From IMG/VR virus record IMGVR_UViG_3300045988_151019: a DNA stretch of 52,849 nucleotides; one strand, written 5' to 3'. Positions 1 through 9,347 of the stretch are shown piece by piece. Source of the DNA: a virus (Duplodnaviria > Heunggongvirae > Uroviricota > Caudoviricetes). The notes under the pieces are model-generated. The model saw only the letters and a program-made list of their open reading frames with translations, was not told the origin of the DNA and did no database searches. Position 1 is the stretch's first letter; each line of letters begins with the position of its first letter. Both the position numbers and the translations under genes were made by a program.

Positions 1-518
1 CCATCCGAGATAACACCTTCGTAATACTCACGCTGCTCGTTGAGTTTTGATTTTGCGGCTTCCAGCGCCGCAACCAATTCGTCTACAGTTCCGGCAGCTT
101 GCAGTGCGTAATCGGTAATAGACATCTCATGATCAATTTCAGTACCGTTCTCATTAGTTGAGGTGATAGCAAAAAAATCAGAGTCGATTTCGTTATCAGC
201 TAAGTGGCGTAGCGTATCGGCAACAAGCTGACCGTTTTCGATTAACAGCTTCCCTACCGTTAGCGCAATATCCTCGTTCTCCTGGTCGCGAGATTTGATG
301 TATTGCTGGTTTCTTTCCCGTTCATCCAGTAGCGCCAGCACGGTTTCTGGTCCGGCCAGAATTTTGAAGGCGTTGAGCGCATCAATATCAACACCGCTAT
401 CTTTAAGTTCCTGCTCGCTTATCAGATCATCATCAACTGGCAACATTAACAGGCGTTCCATTGCCGGAATTGCACGCTCTGCCGCCTCACGCAGTGCCTG
501 ATAGTTAATTTTGGTCAT
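1..518 (-). CDS. Ea22-like modular phage protein, N-terminal part (gene runs off window start)
   Basis: ATG at 518-516, one nt after upstream stop; N-terminus MTKINYQALREAAE matches paralogue at 1783-2481; reading frame open to position 1. Confidence 0.45.
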   Translation of the reverse strand, partial: MTKINYQALREAAERAIPAMERLLMLPVDDDLISEQELKDSGVDIDALNAFKILAGPETVLALLDERERNQQYIKSRDQENEDIALTVGKLLIENGQLVADTLRHLADNEIDSDFFAITSTNENGTEIDHEMSITDYALQAAGTVDELVAALEAAKSKLNEQREYYEGVISD

Positions 519-519
519 A

Positions 520-819
520 TCACATCACCCTGAATCCGTTGCATTTACGTAAAAAATCGCAGATATAGCCCTTCATTTTTTCGTGCCAATCTCGATCATT
601 CCCATTGCACCAACCATCAGGTGGAGTCCAGTTTTCTATCAGAGCAGCCATTTTCTTTGCTTTCGCCGGAGTAGCTGTTGCGGTATCGCAGTAATGACGA
701 GTGTCAACCAACGTATCCATACCATCGATATCAAGTACGCAAAACCATGTGTGATTCGGCATTTCAACAGATGGTATTTGTTGCCCACGTCGACGTTTAT
801 CAATAAGACATACAGTCAC
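520..819 (-). CDS. hypothetical Cys-rich protein (99 aa)
   Basis: ORF track; GTG start overlaps upstream stop (GTGA), AGGAGG 7 nt upstream inside junction cassette. Confidence 0.4.
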   Translation of the reverse strand: MTVCLIDKRRRGQQIPSVEMPNHTWFCVLDIDGMDTLVDTRHYCDTATATPAKAKKMAALIENWTPPDGWCNGNDRDWHEKMKGYICDFLRKCNGFRVM

Positions 820-1499
820 TGGTTGCCTCCTTTGCGAAGCTGTTCAGCAATACTTACGCATATCTCTGCGCCTCTAATCAGCCCCGGAACGTTCTTGTTT
901 GGCCCAACTTCACCATCGACAAAATCAATCATCGCGTTACGAGCCATATCCACGCCCTGCGCACGCACTTCAGCCAGGAAAGCATCGGTGGCTGGCGTTT
1001 CCCGTGAACGGTAAGACCAAACAATGTCGTCTGTTTCACTGGGTTCTTCATGAGAGCAATTTGGGCAGACAGCAGTACAACCAGCATGATCTTCTATGAG
1101 CATCTTCAGCCACGAGTTCTCCTCCGCCAGCGTCACGCGACTGGCCTCCAGTTCTGCTACGCGCTGTTTTGCAGCATCCAGTTCAATCGACAATTTTTCC
1201 AACTGCTCTTGATGCTTCTTGTATTCCTGATATGCGTGCCAAGACTGACCTTTGCGCACACTATCAGTGATATCAGTAATCTGTTCTGGTGTTAGCGTGG
1301 TCAGTGGCTGTGATGGGAAAATAAGCACTTTCCCGGAATCCCAATCAAAACCAGCGTGAATTGACTGAACCTCAACTGAAGGTGTTGAACCAATGCTGCC
1401 AGGCGAATGAACAACGATTGTTACATCCATATCGCGACGATGGCTGTGGTTGTTGGACAAAATACGATTCACCAACTCAGAAAATTTGGAAAATTTCAT
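816..1499 (-). CDS. Ea22-like modular protein (227 aa)
   Basis: ORF track; C-terminal module ETPATDAFLAEVRAQG...IAEQLRKGGNQ shared with 1783-2481; coiled-coil middle; CxxC motif. Confidence 0.5.
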   Translation of the reverse strand: MKFSKFSELVNRILSNNHSHRRDMDVTIVVHSPGSIGSTPSVEVQSIHAGFDWDSGKVLIFPSQPLTTLTPEQITDITDSVRKGQSWHAYQEYKKHQEQLEKLSIELDAAKQRVAELEASRVTLAEENSWLKMLIEDHAGCTAVCPNCSHEEPSETDDIVWSYRSRETPATDAFLAEVRAQGVDMARNAMIDFVDGEVGPNKNVPGLIRGAEICVSIAEQLRKGGNQ

Positions 1500-1819
1500 G
1501 CTGATTCCCCTTTCTCTGCTCTCTCCTGTCGGAACATCACTATCATCAGGTCGCCTTTTGTCGCTATCCTGGCTGTTGTACCTGGTTCAATGCGGCTAAG
1601 CTCAAATGCGTCATAGAACGCTTCTAATGCCTTCTGGCGTAGTTCCTGTTTGCGCCGTTTTTTCCACTGTTTTAGGAAAATGGAACCCAGCCATCGCCAT
1701 GTACGGGACATGATGTAAAGCCAACCGAGAAGTGCCAGACCGGTATTTAGGAGCGTATCGATCGTTATTGTCGTGTCGATATTCACTGGCTGCTTCCTTT
1801 GCGAATCTGTTCCGCCCAT
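1496..1819 (-). CDS. small membrane protein (likely GTG start near 1786)
   Basis: ORF track; hydrophobic helix GLALLGWLYIM; ATGA overlap with downstream gene; SD-like AAGGAAG before GTG. Confidence 0.35.
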   Translation of the reverse strand: MGGTDSQRKQPVNIDTTITIDTLLNTGLALLGWLYIMSRTWRWLGSIFLKQWKKRRKQELRQKALEAFYDAFELSRIEPGTTARIATKGDLMIVMFRQERAEKGESA

Positions 1820-2481
1820 TCTTCAAGGGATTTCTCCGCATATTCACCAGACAGGCCATCAATCGGATGCGCTTCATTAGCCAACTCTTCTTTCGCTGAC
1901 AAAATCATGCGTGTAACGTCGAAAACTTCACGCAAAGACTTATTGATAAATCCGTGATTGAACGCAGCAGCAAGACGGCTGGCGGTATAGTTAATCCCCT
2001 CGTTGCGTGCTTCCGCACGAATTTCAGCCAGAAAAGCATCGGTAGCTGGAGTTTCGCTGTGGTGCAGGGCATCGTTGATAATCATTGCAGCAACTCCGGC
2101 CTGCCCTGCATCCGTGACCGACACATGCTCAAGAGTTACGGCCATTGCGTGTTTCAGCCCGGCGTTCTCTGCCACCAGCGCCGCGAGATTAGTCTCAAGC
2201 TCTGCAATTCGACACATAGCATCAATATTTGTGTCCTCCAGGCACTTAATTTCACCAAGCAGCTCCAGTGCAACCTTTGGGTTGAACGCGGCAACATGAC
2301 GAGCGTTGTTCTCTGCATTTTTCTGTCCATCAAAGCCGGTCCATTTGATAACGTCTTCACATCGTTCATCACCGGGCGTGTGCACCGCATAAGTACCAGT
2401 ATCCGTCGAAATAAATGCGACCCATTCGTCTGGTGTTGCCTTTTCTGCCGCCTCACGCAGTACCTGATAGTTAATTGTCAT
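1783..2481 (-). CDS. Ea22-like modular protein (about 232 aa)
   Basis: ORF track 1783-2490; ATG at 2481 overlaps upstream stop (ATGA); N-terminus MTINYQVLREAAEKATPDEW; C-terminus EQIRKGSSQ. Confidence 0.5.
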   Translation of the reverse strand: MTINYQVLREAAEKATPDEWVAFISTDTGTYAVHTPGDERCEDVIKWTGFDGQKNAENNARHVAAFNPKVALELLGEIKCLEDTNIDAMCRIAELETNLAALVAENAGLKHAMAVTLEHVSVTDAGQAGVAAMIINDALHHSETPATDAFLAEIRAEARNEGINYTASRLAAAFNHGFINKSLREVFDVTRMILSAKEELANEAHPIDGLSGEYAEKSLEEWAEQIRKGSSQ

Positions 2482-3158
2482 TCTCGCCATCCTTCACAGT
2501 TGTAATCACTACAGCCTTCAAAATCATATGGGCTGTACTGCCAGGTAATTTTTCCGCAATGCGGACAATTCCAACGCACCTTCCCGCTTCGCGACTTCTT
2601 TCTTCTGTTCTGCTTTTTCAACCAGTCAGGCATGACCAAACCTGCGCCCTGAACCATTGTTCTGCGGTTAAAGTTATTGATATTGAACGTCCGGCGCTTT
2701 GCTGAATCAGCAATGGAAAATGGCAACCAAACTATTCCTGGTTCGTTTTTGTTGGCGACGCTAAAGATGGTCGCTTTACTGAAGTCATCTGTTGGCAATC
2801 CACCGTGTTGAAGCCAGTAAACATCGTTGCCGTTCCAGCTACCTTTTTTGTAGGCCACATACGCAGTGCAATCTGACTCAATCAGGCTTTCTGTAGGGAT
2901 GTACTGGCAATCAACGTGCCACACAGCCATTGCATCCACGCTATCAGCGCAAACAGGCTGATCGATATCTCGTCCACAATTCCAGGCTTTTTGGGCTTCT
3001 TCCAGCGTGTAAACATGAGCGCGATCGATATCAGAACTGTAACCATTGCCGTTATGGCAATGGAATGAGGCGTTATTACCCACAGTTTCACGCAAGCACA
3101 TCATGTAAAAACGGTTACTCACTGGTTGCCTCCTTGGCGGAGTTGCGCTGCGATGCAT
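2478..3158 (-). CDS. zinc-ribbon protein (C-terminal CPHCG...CSDYNC); probable true start GTG at 3122
   Basis: ORF track; AGGAGG then GTG inside junction cassette; Cys/His-rich. Confidence 0.4.
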   Translation of the reverse strand: MHRSATPPRRQPVSNRFYMMCLRETVGNNASFHCHNGNGYSSDIDRAHVYTLEEAQKAWNCGRDIDQPVCADSVDAMAVWHVDCQYIPTESLIESDCTAYVAYKKGSWNGNDVYWLQHGGLPTDDFSKATIFSVANKNEPGIVWLPFSIADSAKRRTFNINNFNRRTMVQGAGLVMPDWLKKQNRRKKSRSGKVRWNCPHCGKITWQYSPYDFEGCSDYNCEGWRE

Positions 3159-3358
3159 GAAAAAAAAGACTCCCGAGTGTGACAGTTAAGAGCTGGTGCG
3201 AACGCCGCGTTAAGAACGGCGGCATCACAGCCGTCATCAATATAGAGCGCAATTTTTTTCTCCAGGCGCGCTTTGGCTTCCTGCAGCTGCATACCCCGGC
3301 ACGCACGCGGGATATAATCAGCAATTTGAGCGATAGCTTTTTCGTTCTGTTTAAACAT
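3119..3358 (-). CDS. small protein carrying the Ea22-like C-terminal tail (AAQLRQGGNQ); possible remnant module
   Basis: ORF track; third copy of junction cassette at its 3' end. Confidence 0.4.
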   Translation of the reverse strand: MFKQNEKAIAQIADYIPRACRGMQLQEAKARLEKKIALYIDDGCDAAVLNAAFAPALNCHTRESFFSCIAAQLRQGGNQ

Positions 3359-3554
3359 GCTTCACCTCGATAGGCTTGATGGTGTCTAACAGCAGTCGAC
3401 GGCGCGTATTTTCTGCAAAGTGGCGGCGTCCGGTATCTTTGTGGTAAAACTCATTTTTGCCGACGACCCACATCCGCTCTGTTTGGTGCAGTTTTTTTAC
3501 CTTCGGGCCATCTTTGGTGATCACGGTACCGGTATGGGTTTTTACGATTGTCAT
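3351..3554 (-). CDS. hypothetical small basic protein (67 aa)
   Basis: ORF track; ATGA overlap with upstream PAPS-reductase-like gene. Confidence 0.35.
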   Translation of the reverse strand: MTIVKTHTGTVITKDGPKVKKLHQTERMWVVGKNEFYHKDTGRRHFAENTRRRLLLDTIKPIEVKHV

Positions 3555-4429
3555 TCCACTACCTCTTCGAATTTCAACTCCAATTGGTCACCCCAGATTT
3601 CACATGATTCGGAACACGAACCAGTATCAAACCGCTTGGCCAGCACCATCGCCTGATACAAATTTCTGTAGTCACTGTCGGCATACATTCTGGCAATCCC
3701 GTCAAGCGTCAGGTGGCCACGGTACATAACGTCTTTACCTGTTCTGCGATGACCATCCCTGACGTGTTTGCCTGTAACCAGTTCATTAAAAACCCGCATC
3801 AGACCTGGTTCGTCTTTACATGCAAGCCCCAGCTTTTGCGTTGACTTTTTGATGCAAAAAACACAGTTCCCGAGGTGCTCCGGGATTTGCAAATCAAAAG
3901 GTTGTTTTCGCCACCACCGGATAACATCCGACTTATCAAAATCTGACAGTTCGGCAAGATACCGGACGCCCGGTTTCGGTTTCAGCCTACGGGGTTCGTC
4001 CGCACGAATACCGAGCCATGTGATGTAATTCCCTCGCCCAAAATGGTCATCGCAATATTTCGTGAAAGGGGTGAGTTTTAGCCTGTCGGTACAGAACGCG
4101 CCGCCGATGTATGGCGTACCGTACTTTTTAACCATGTCCATAAACGGTTTAAGCACCGGCATTCGCGTCTGAATATCCTTTGGTTCCCATTCCGTATAAC
4201 CATTTGGCTGCCCAAGTTCTGGATTTATATCGACCTGCAACACCGTTAGCGGTACGTTCCAGAACTTCACAACCTCACGAATAAAGCGATACGTCAGAGG
4301 ATGTTCACAGCCGGTATCCATAAAAATGAAATGGACGCTAGCGCCAGCTTTTCGCTGTGCTTCCATCAGATGAACGAGATAAGCCGATGTTCGTCCACCT
4401 GAAAAGCTGACGACTTGATGCATACTCAC
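3551..4429 (-). CDS. PAPS reductase-like (PP-loop ATP pyrophosphatase family) protein
   Basis: N-terminal SFSGGRTSAY PP-loop motif; C-terminal Cys cluster (NCVFC, CSESC); 292 aa. Confidence 0.7.
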   Translation of the reverse strand: MSMHQVVSFSGGRTSAYLVHLMEAQRKAGASVHFIFMDTGCEHPLTYRFIREVVKFWNVPLTVLQVDINPELGQPNGYTEWEPKDIQTRMPVLKPFMDMVKKYGTPYIGGAFCTDRLKLTPFTKYCDDHFGRGNYITWLGIRADEPRRLKPKPGVRYLAELSDFDKSDVIRWWRKQPFDLQIPEHLGNCVFCIKKSTQKLGLACKDEPGLMRVFNELVTGKHVRDGHRRTGKDVMYRGHLTLDGIARMYADSDYRNLYQAMVLAKRFDTGSCSESCEIWGDQLELKFEEVVE

Positions 4430-4432
4430 GGT

Positions 4433-5011
4433 TTATTCCTGAATGCGCTTAAACTCGATTACCCATACCAACGGGTTAGATAGCCAGTTATCCTGCCCGT
4501 AAATACTGCGCCAGATATCACCAAAACCAACGCGATAAACAGCTTCAGATGGCGTAATCTTGTACGTCGCCGGAGTTGCGCCTTCTGCTTTAGCATCTGC
4601 CTCGCTCATGTCATGCAGCCGTTCCACACGCACGTCGGTAATTTCCAGAAGAATGCGCGATGCCCAGCGCGGCATGTGAATTGATGGCGTCCACTTTTCT
4701 GATACTGGTTTATTACAAACCTCGACCGGAACCCGGTGCGTTTGTTCTGTCCAGGAGTTACGCACGCTTGCGCGATAAACCAGCGTTGCGACGTCCGTCG
4801 CTTTGCCATGTACCCGGTAGGTTTCGCGAACCCAAATACGATCGCCCGGTTGACCATATGGACAATGCTTAGCAAGCAACTCTGCGGCCACTGCCCGTCC
4901 ATAGAATTTTTCTTCAACAATCCTGCGAGTCTGTGTTTTATTCCCGCCAAGAATTGCCCGGACCATCTCATCGTTGAAAATCATGCCGCGCTCTTTCACT
5001 TCGCCTTTCAT
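4433..5011 (-). CDS. ASCH-domain protein
   Basis: ILGGNKTQTRR motif typical of ASCH/PUA-like fold; 4 nt after upstream gene; GGGGGA SD. Confidence 0.55.
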   Translation of the reverse strand: MKGEVKERGMIFNDEMVRAILGGNKTQTRRIVEEKFYGRAVAAELLAKHCPYGQPGDRIWVRETYRVHGKATDVATLVYRASVRNSWTEQTHRVPVEVCNKPVSEKWTPSIHMPRWASRILLEITDVRVERLHDMSEADAKAEGATPATYKITPSEAVYRVGFGDIWRSIYGQDNWLSNPLVWVIEFKRIQE

Positions 5012-5189
5012 GCATCCCCCTTACCCATGCGCGACGATGCCGCCAAAAGTGATAGAGAACAGCCAGAAATAGATCGCGGCCATAATGATTTTGAATGCCG
5101 TGTTCATATTTTCAGCTCCTGTGATTGATTGGATACATGCCGCGCCTTGCGGCATGTTTTTATTTTCACTTTCTCTGTTTTAAAAATCA

Positions 5190-5206
5190 AGATTTATTAG
5201 AGCAAT
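5190..5206 (-). promoter_or_regulatory. C1-repressor-type operator motif (plus strand AGATTTATTAGAGCAAT)
   Basis: 16/17 match to consensus ATTGCTCTAATAAATTT as I recall it; lies between two leftward genes. Confidence 0.55.
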
Positions 5207-5712
5207 TATTGTTGGTGGAGAAGCGCGTTTTCATACTCCCTGACCATTAACGTAAGTACGCCGTGACTCCTGAAAACACGCGCCACTTCAATCTTATCTT
5301 CCAGCGCGAACGCAATTTTACTTAGACCAATTTTCTTCAGGAGATCAATCTTTGCTGGACCATCATTTCTGTCATCGGTGGCAGGACGCATAGATAGCAA
5401 AGGCTCAGCCCCGTTTGTTACGTACTTCCGCAGCCAGGCTCGTGTTTTATCCCTTGCGATCTCACAGCGCCCGGTTACAAACCAGACCGTGTAAACGTTA
5501 AATAACTGGCGCACCATATCAATAACCGGAGTGATGGGAGTATCGGTGTCACAGGCGAGATTAAACTCGTTCCAGTCCTTTGTTAATGCACCTTTACCTG
5601 GTGGCGGAAGCAAATGCAGTCTGTCTTCAGTTGCCTCTGATATTGTTCCATCAATATCGACTATGACGATATACGGACGTTCCTGGTGTGCGTGTTTATT
5701 GAAAATACTCAA
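5206..5712 (-). CDS. HAD-superfamily phosphatase (possibly the P1 acid phosphatase Pap)
   Basis: Motif I VIVDIDGTI near N-terminus; 168 aa. Confidence 0.55.
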   Translation of the reverse strand: MSIFNKHAHQERPYIVIVDIDGTISEATEDRLHLLPPPGKGALTKDWNEFNLACDTDTPITPVIDMVRQLFNVYTVWFVTGRCEIARDKTRAWLRKYVTNGAEPLLSMRPATDDRNDGPAKIDLLKKIGLSKIAFALEDKIEVARVFRSHGVLTLMVREYENALLHQQ

Positions 5713-5784
5713 ATGCCCTCCTCATTGGACGAAAAAAATGCTGGTGGGCGCACTCCACCAGCATTAAAAGTGACACTGTAACTA

Positions 5785-7047
5785 TCAGCGGACGTAAATA
5801 GTGCCGCCGTTCTCTTTTTCCCATGCATCGCTACGTGCATAGCAAACATCGAGAAGTCTTCTTGCCGCTGTTTCCTCTAAACCCAATTCGACAACCAACT
5901 GCTCATGACGGCGGGTAACCACATCAAACAGGGTATGCAACCCTTTAGTTGCCAGATCATCAATGAATTCCGGTTCGAACGGCAGCTCTGTATCTGCCAA
6001 CATAACCTCTTGCGCCCACTCAACTCGACGGACCAATTCCGGGCGGCGGCTTTCCATCTCTTTACAGATCAATTCATGGAAGAACTCTACCCAACCTTCC
6101 GGCTGGAACTCGCGGAAAATTGCCAACGGCTGGAAGTTTGGCATCAACCATTCGTTGATACGGATATCAATGGCATAGCCCATGTCGCAGCAGAACTGAT
6201 AAGCAAAGTCCAGCTTAGAAACGATATAAGGACGCTCGTTATTGAACTCTTTAGGCGATGAGATCCCATAAGCCAGGAGGCGCGGGAAGAAGGAGATTTG
6301 CCCTAACGTCGGATGAAGTTTGCTTGCAGGGAAACGGCGCTCAGTAATGCCATACATTTCCTTCTTGAGCGTCGCAAATTTGGCATTCTCATTAACCAGC
6401 GCGGTAACCTCTGCTTTTTTATTAGCAAATGCCACGCGCGCTTCGCTTGCATCTTTAATAGTTTTTTTGAGCTGTTGGTTAAGGTCGGCGACCTGCTTAC
6501 GCAGTTCCTGTCGCTCGCTTTTAGCTTTGTTATAGCGTTTCTCAAGGTTAAAAGGATCAAGTTTCATGATCTCTTTATATTGAGATTTTAGCGTTGAAAT
6601 CTGTGAGTTCCGCAGTTCAACCATCGCGGTCATTTCATTGAGTTTTGTTTCCAGCTCAATGCTTATACGTTCGGCATTATCAGCACGCTGGTTGGCGTCA
6701 TGCGTCGCATCGTCGATCGCGTCCTGTTGCTGGCGTTTCAAATGTTCAATTTGTAGCTGAAGCTCTTCAATTTCTTTACCCTTCAGACCGAGATCCAACT
6801 GCATATTTTCAGCTGCATCTACCAGGGAGTTATGGCTATCAGCTTCTGCGTTATAAACATCAATAAGCTGTGCGTGAAGCATCTCCGCTGACTGAACCGC
6901 ATTATCAAAAAAACGCGCTGTGAGGTCATCACAACTAACGCGGCGTTGCGCGGCCCGGATGTTCTGGATAATGGCCGGGATACCGGCATTCAGGACGTCA
7001 GGGATAGATACATTTTCGATTGATTGGTTTTGTGCTGAAGTGATCAT
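5785..7047 (-). CDS. coiled-coil protein with C-terminal globular domain, function unknown
   Basis: ORF track 420 aa; heptad-rich residues 60-230; conserved-looking C-terminal half. Confidence 0.55.
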   Translation of the reverse strand: MITSAQNQSIENVSIPDVLNAGIPAIIQNIRAAQRRVSCDDLTARFFDNAVQSAEMLHAQLIDVYNAEADSHNSLVDAAENMQLDLGLKGKEIEELQLQIEHLKRQQQDAIDDATHDANQRADNAERISIELETKLNEMTAMVELRNSQISTLKSQYKEIMKLDPFNLEKRYNKAKSERQELRKQVADLNQQLKKTIKDASEARVAFANKKAEVTALVNENAKFATLKKEMYGITERRFPASKLHPTLGQISFFPRLLAYGISSPKEFNNERPYIVSKLDFAYQFCCDMGYAIDIRINEWLMPNFQPLAIFREFQPEGWVEFFHELICKEMESRRPELVRRVEWAQEVMLADTELPFEPEFIDDLATKGLHTLFDVVTRRHEQLVVELGLEETAARRLLDVCYARSDAWEKENGGTIYVR

Positions 7048-7048
7048 T

Positions 7049-7267
7049 TCAAAGTTCCGTATTAGCTTGTGCTTCGGTCATTTTTCCTAAGTATGAAGGA
7101 GGAAGGACTACGCAATTTGTATCCAGTCCCTCACCTATGGCAGCCTGTAAAATTCTGGCTAAGGTGAGTCTCTTGTTGCGATACCTGGTGATGACATGCC
7201 TGATACCGCCGGTCGGCGTAACAAAGGCGATCAGCCAGTAGTGATATTTCCGTCGGAATGGCCACAT
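7049..7267 (-). CDS. hypothetical small ORF downstream of operator pair
   Basis: ORF track only; stop 2 nt before next start. Confidence 0.25.
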   Translation of the reverse strand: MWPFRRKYHYWLIAFVTPTGGIRHVITRYRNKRLTLARILQAAIGEGLDTNCVVLPPSYLGKMTEAQANTEL

Positions 7268-7281
7268 AGTGCACCTTGTAG

Positions 7282-7298
7282 ATTGCTCTAATAAAAAA
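7282..7298 (+). promoter_or_regulatory. C1-type operator motif (ATTGCTCTAATAAAAAA)
   Basis: 14/17 consensus match; inverted partner at 7331-7347. Confidence 0.5.
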
Positions 7299-7320
7299 CG
7301 TGATGAGTGTACATCACGTT
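7297..7320. other. perfect palindrome AACGTGATG-agtgtac-CATCACGTT between two operators
   Basis: Read directly; flanked by A-run and T-run, so a possible bidirectional hairpin. Confidence 0.45.
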
Positions 7321-7330
7321 TTAAAAATAT

Positions 7331-7347
7331 GGAATTATTAGAGCAAT
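7331..7347 (-). promoter_or_regulatory. C1-type operator motif (plus strand GGAATTATTAGAGCAAT)
   Basis: Close consensus match in inverted orientation. Confidence 0.5.
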
Positions 7348-7348
7348 A

Positions 7349-8050
7349 TTATTCTGATTCTCGCTCAAAAAATGAGCTGATAAGGGGAAGCCAATCCTCT
7401 GACACTTCGCGAGGTCGCGGTTTGCCGTGGAAAAAGATTATTCGGCAGTCTTTTGGTAATGCCCCATTCCCCCTGGAGTAACGCGCGCTCGCATATTTTG
7501 AACCAGGTTCCACAACATCGGCCTTGTAACTTACAAACCATCCTGGATACAGATCCTGAAATGCTGGTGTATCATCGCCCATAACCTTTCGTAAGAACCC
7601 CTGGTCACCCCAGCACTCAGTAGTGACACAACGAGAAATCCAACCTTCCGGATCTTGCCAGAATGAACTCCAGATATGCGCTTTAACACTATTTGGTATC
7701 CACAGGGCACCGCTGCCACGATATTGTGGATGGTAAAAATCCCTAAGCATGGTGAAGCTGGTTGGTGGATGCTCTAGGATTGGGCGTATATCACCGGCAA
7801 TAACCGTGTCCAAATCCAGATAGAACAGATCATCGGTTATATCCGGTCGGAACAACTCGATTTTCGCCCACCAGCCACGGCACTTTTGCCACTGGTTGAT
7901 CAATGGGACAACTTTGACGCCAGGTACATGTAAACGCTTCAGGTCTGTCAGGCAAATAATTTCATAGCCTTTTGGCAGTTGATTAACCAGCCACTGCACA
8001 TCGGAAGCGTTATAGTCACCACCAGAGCGAAAAACTAAAGCAATCTTCAT
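7349..8050 (-). CDS. GT-A-like (family 8-like) glycosyltransferase candidate
   Basis: [19 protein letters not shown] resembles the GT8 YLDxD(I/V)xxDIxxL nucleotide-sugar motif; 233 aa. Confidence 0.4.
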   Translation of the reverse strand: MKIALVFRSGGDYNASDVQWLVNQLPKGYEIICLTDLKRLHVPGVKVVPLINQWQKCRGWWAKIELFRPDITDDLFYLDLDTVIAGDIRPILEHPPTSFTMLRDFYHPQYRGSGALWIPNSVKAHIWSSFWQDPEGWISRCVTTECWGDQGFLRKVMGDDTPAFQDLYPGWFVSYKADVVEPGSKYASARYSRGNGALPKDCRIIFFHGKPRPREVSEDWLPLISSFFERESE

Positions 8051-8739
8051 GCTGCACCATCACCTTTCACTTTCATCAATGTCAGGTTTCCGCAAAATAC
8101 GGCACCAGTGTCGATATACTGCTGATTCCAGAATGTCTTCGGGCTTTTCACCGGAGTGTGACCAAAGATAAAACGATCTGCGCCAGAAATTTCGCCACCA
8201 ATATCATCCATCGAATCACTGATACGCTCGCGCGCCCAGACAACGTTGAAAAGCGGCACCTCCTTACCGAATTGGTATTCATTATCCGGATAGTCGGCAT
8301 GGGCTATAACGATAGTTTCTTGCCCGGTGTTCAACTCAATGATATAGGGCAGACGCTTTACCAGCTCCACCAGCGCCCTGGCTAATATTTCCTGATCAGT
8401 GTCCAGCATGAAGAACCATTGTCCGCCATTCATTAGCCAGTTATTCACGTTGCCATCAGGACTTAACGCATCGAGCATCAACCGCTCATGGTTCCCCATC
8501 ACTGCCCTGAACCAGGGCATCTGCAATAGTTCCAGACATTCGACATTTTCAGTACCGCGATCGATAAGGTCGCCGACCGATATCAGTAAATCCTGCGCCG
8601 GGTCAAAATCCACACGATGGAGTTCGGACATCAGTCTGGTGTAGCAACCATGCAGATCACCAACAACCCAGACATTCCTGTATTTGGTACCGTCGATACG
8701 GTGATAAATTGTGGGTGCCATCATGTATTCTTCAGCCAT
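8047..8739 (-). CDS. ppp: Ser/Thr protein phosphatase (lambda PPase / calcineurin-like metallophosphoesterase)
   Basis: GDLHGC, GDLIDRG and GNHE motifs; 230 aa. Confidence 0.8.
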   Translation of the reverse strand: MAEEYMMAPTIYHRIDGTKYRNVWVVGDLHGCYTRLMSELHRVDFDPAQDLLISVGDLIDRGTENVECLELLQMPWFRAVMGNHERLMLDALSPDGNVNNWLMNGGQWFFMLDTDQEILARALVELVKRLPYIIELNTGQETIVIAHADYPDNEYQFGKEVPLFNVVWARERISDSMDDIGGEISGADRFIFGHTPVKSPKTFWNQQYIDTGAVFCGNLTLMKVKGDGAA

Positions 8740-9347
8740 TCTTTAAGAGTCATCTGCGGAATACCTCCCATTTTCCCGCATGAAACAACGTCAATCTGTT
8801 CACGCGCAGACTGGAATAACAAAGGCAGGTGACTTAGATTTTTTGGCGTGCCGCCGGAGTGAACGCGTAGTTCTTGCGTAGCGTCAACGCCCACCAGAGC
8901 TACATGTTTGAATCCGATATGGAAAGCCAGGTTCAGAGCACCATATGCACTATTGCCGCTGGCAATTTCATTCTCATCTTCGCAAAGGCCGAAATGTGCG
9001 GACCAGCGCCACGCCCACCACTCGGGAGAATTCGTATTTTTTGGCTCCATGCCGCGTTCAGCCACACGACGGAAGCACAGAACGCCATCTCTGACTTCAC
9101 GTTCTTTAACATCGGGTAGTGCCATGCAATAACAAACACCACGGCGACGGCGGCCACGACCAACGCGCCGCATATTGTCTGGCGATGGATCAAGTGTGAA
9201 AAAATAAGAAGCGCGGTTCAGCCAGTCGATGGCCCCATTGACCGCTATAATCGGCACTCCGCGCGGCGCAACAAAGTTTGCGGCGCTTGGGCCACTGCCG
9301 ACGATAATAACGCGATCACTGCCTCTAAATTTATTCTTGGGAAACAT
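8721..9347 (-). CDS. GSGPS-motif Rossmann protein, paralogue A (DUF115/MptE-like?)
   Basis: [34 protein letters not shown]; paralogous to 9245-9907. Confidence 0.5.
   Translation of the reverse strand: MFPKNKFRGSDRVIIVGSGPSAANFVAPRGVPIIAVNGAIDWLNRASYFFTLDPSPDNMRRVGRGRRRRGVCYCMALPDVKEREVRDGVLCFRRVAERGMEPKNTNSPEWWAWRWSAHFGLCEDENEIASGNSAYGALNLAFHIGFKHVALVGVDATQELRVHSGGTPKNLSHLPLLFQSAREQIDVVSCGKMGGIPQMTLKEWLKNT

Noticed and set aside
583-3373. Plus-strand ORFs (e.g. 583-1014, 1954-2505, 2003-2299, 3179-3373) overlapping the leftward operon
   Set aside because: They lie antisense to better-supported minus-strand genes with translational coupling and have no ribosome-binding sites or recognisable motifs; treated as shadow ORFs.
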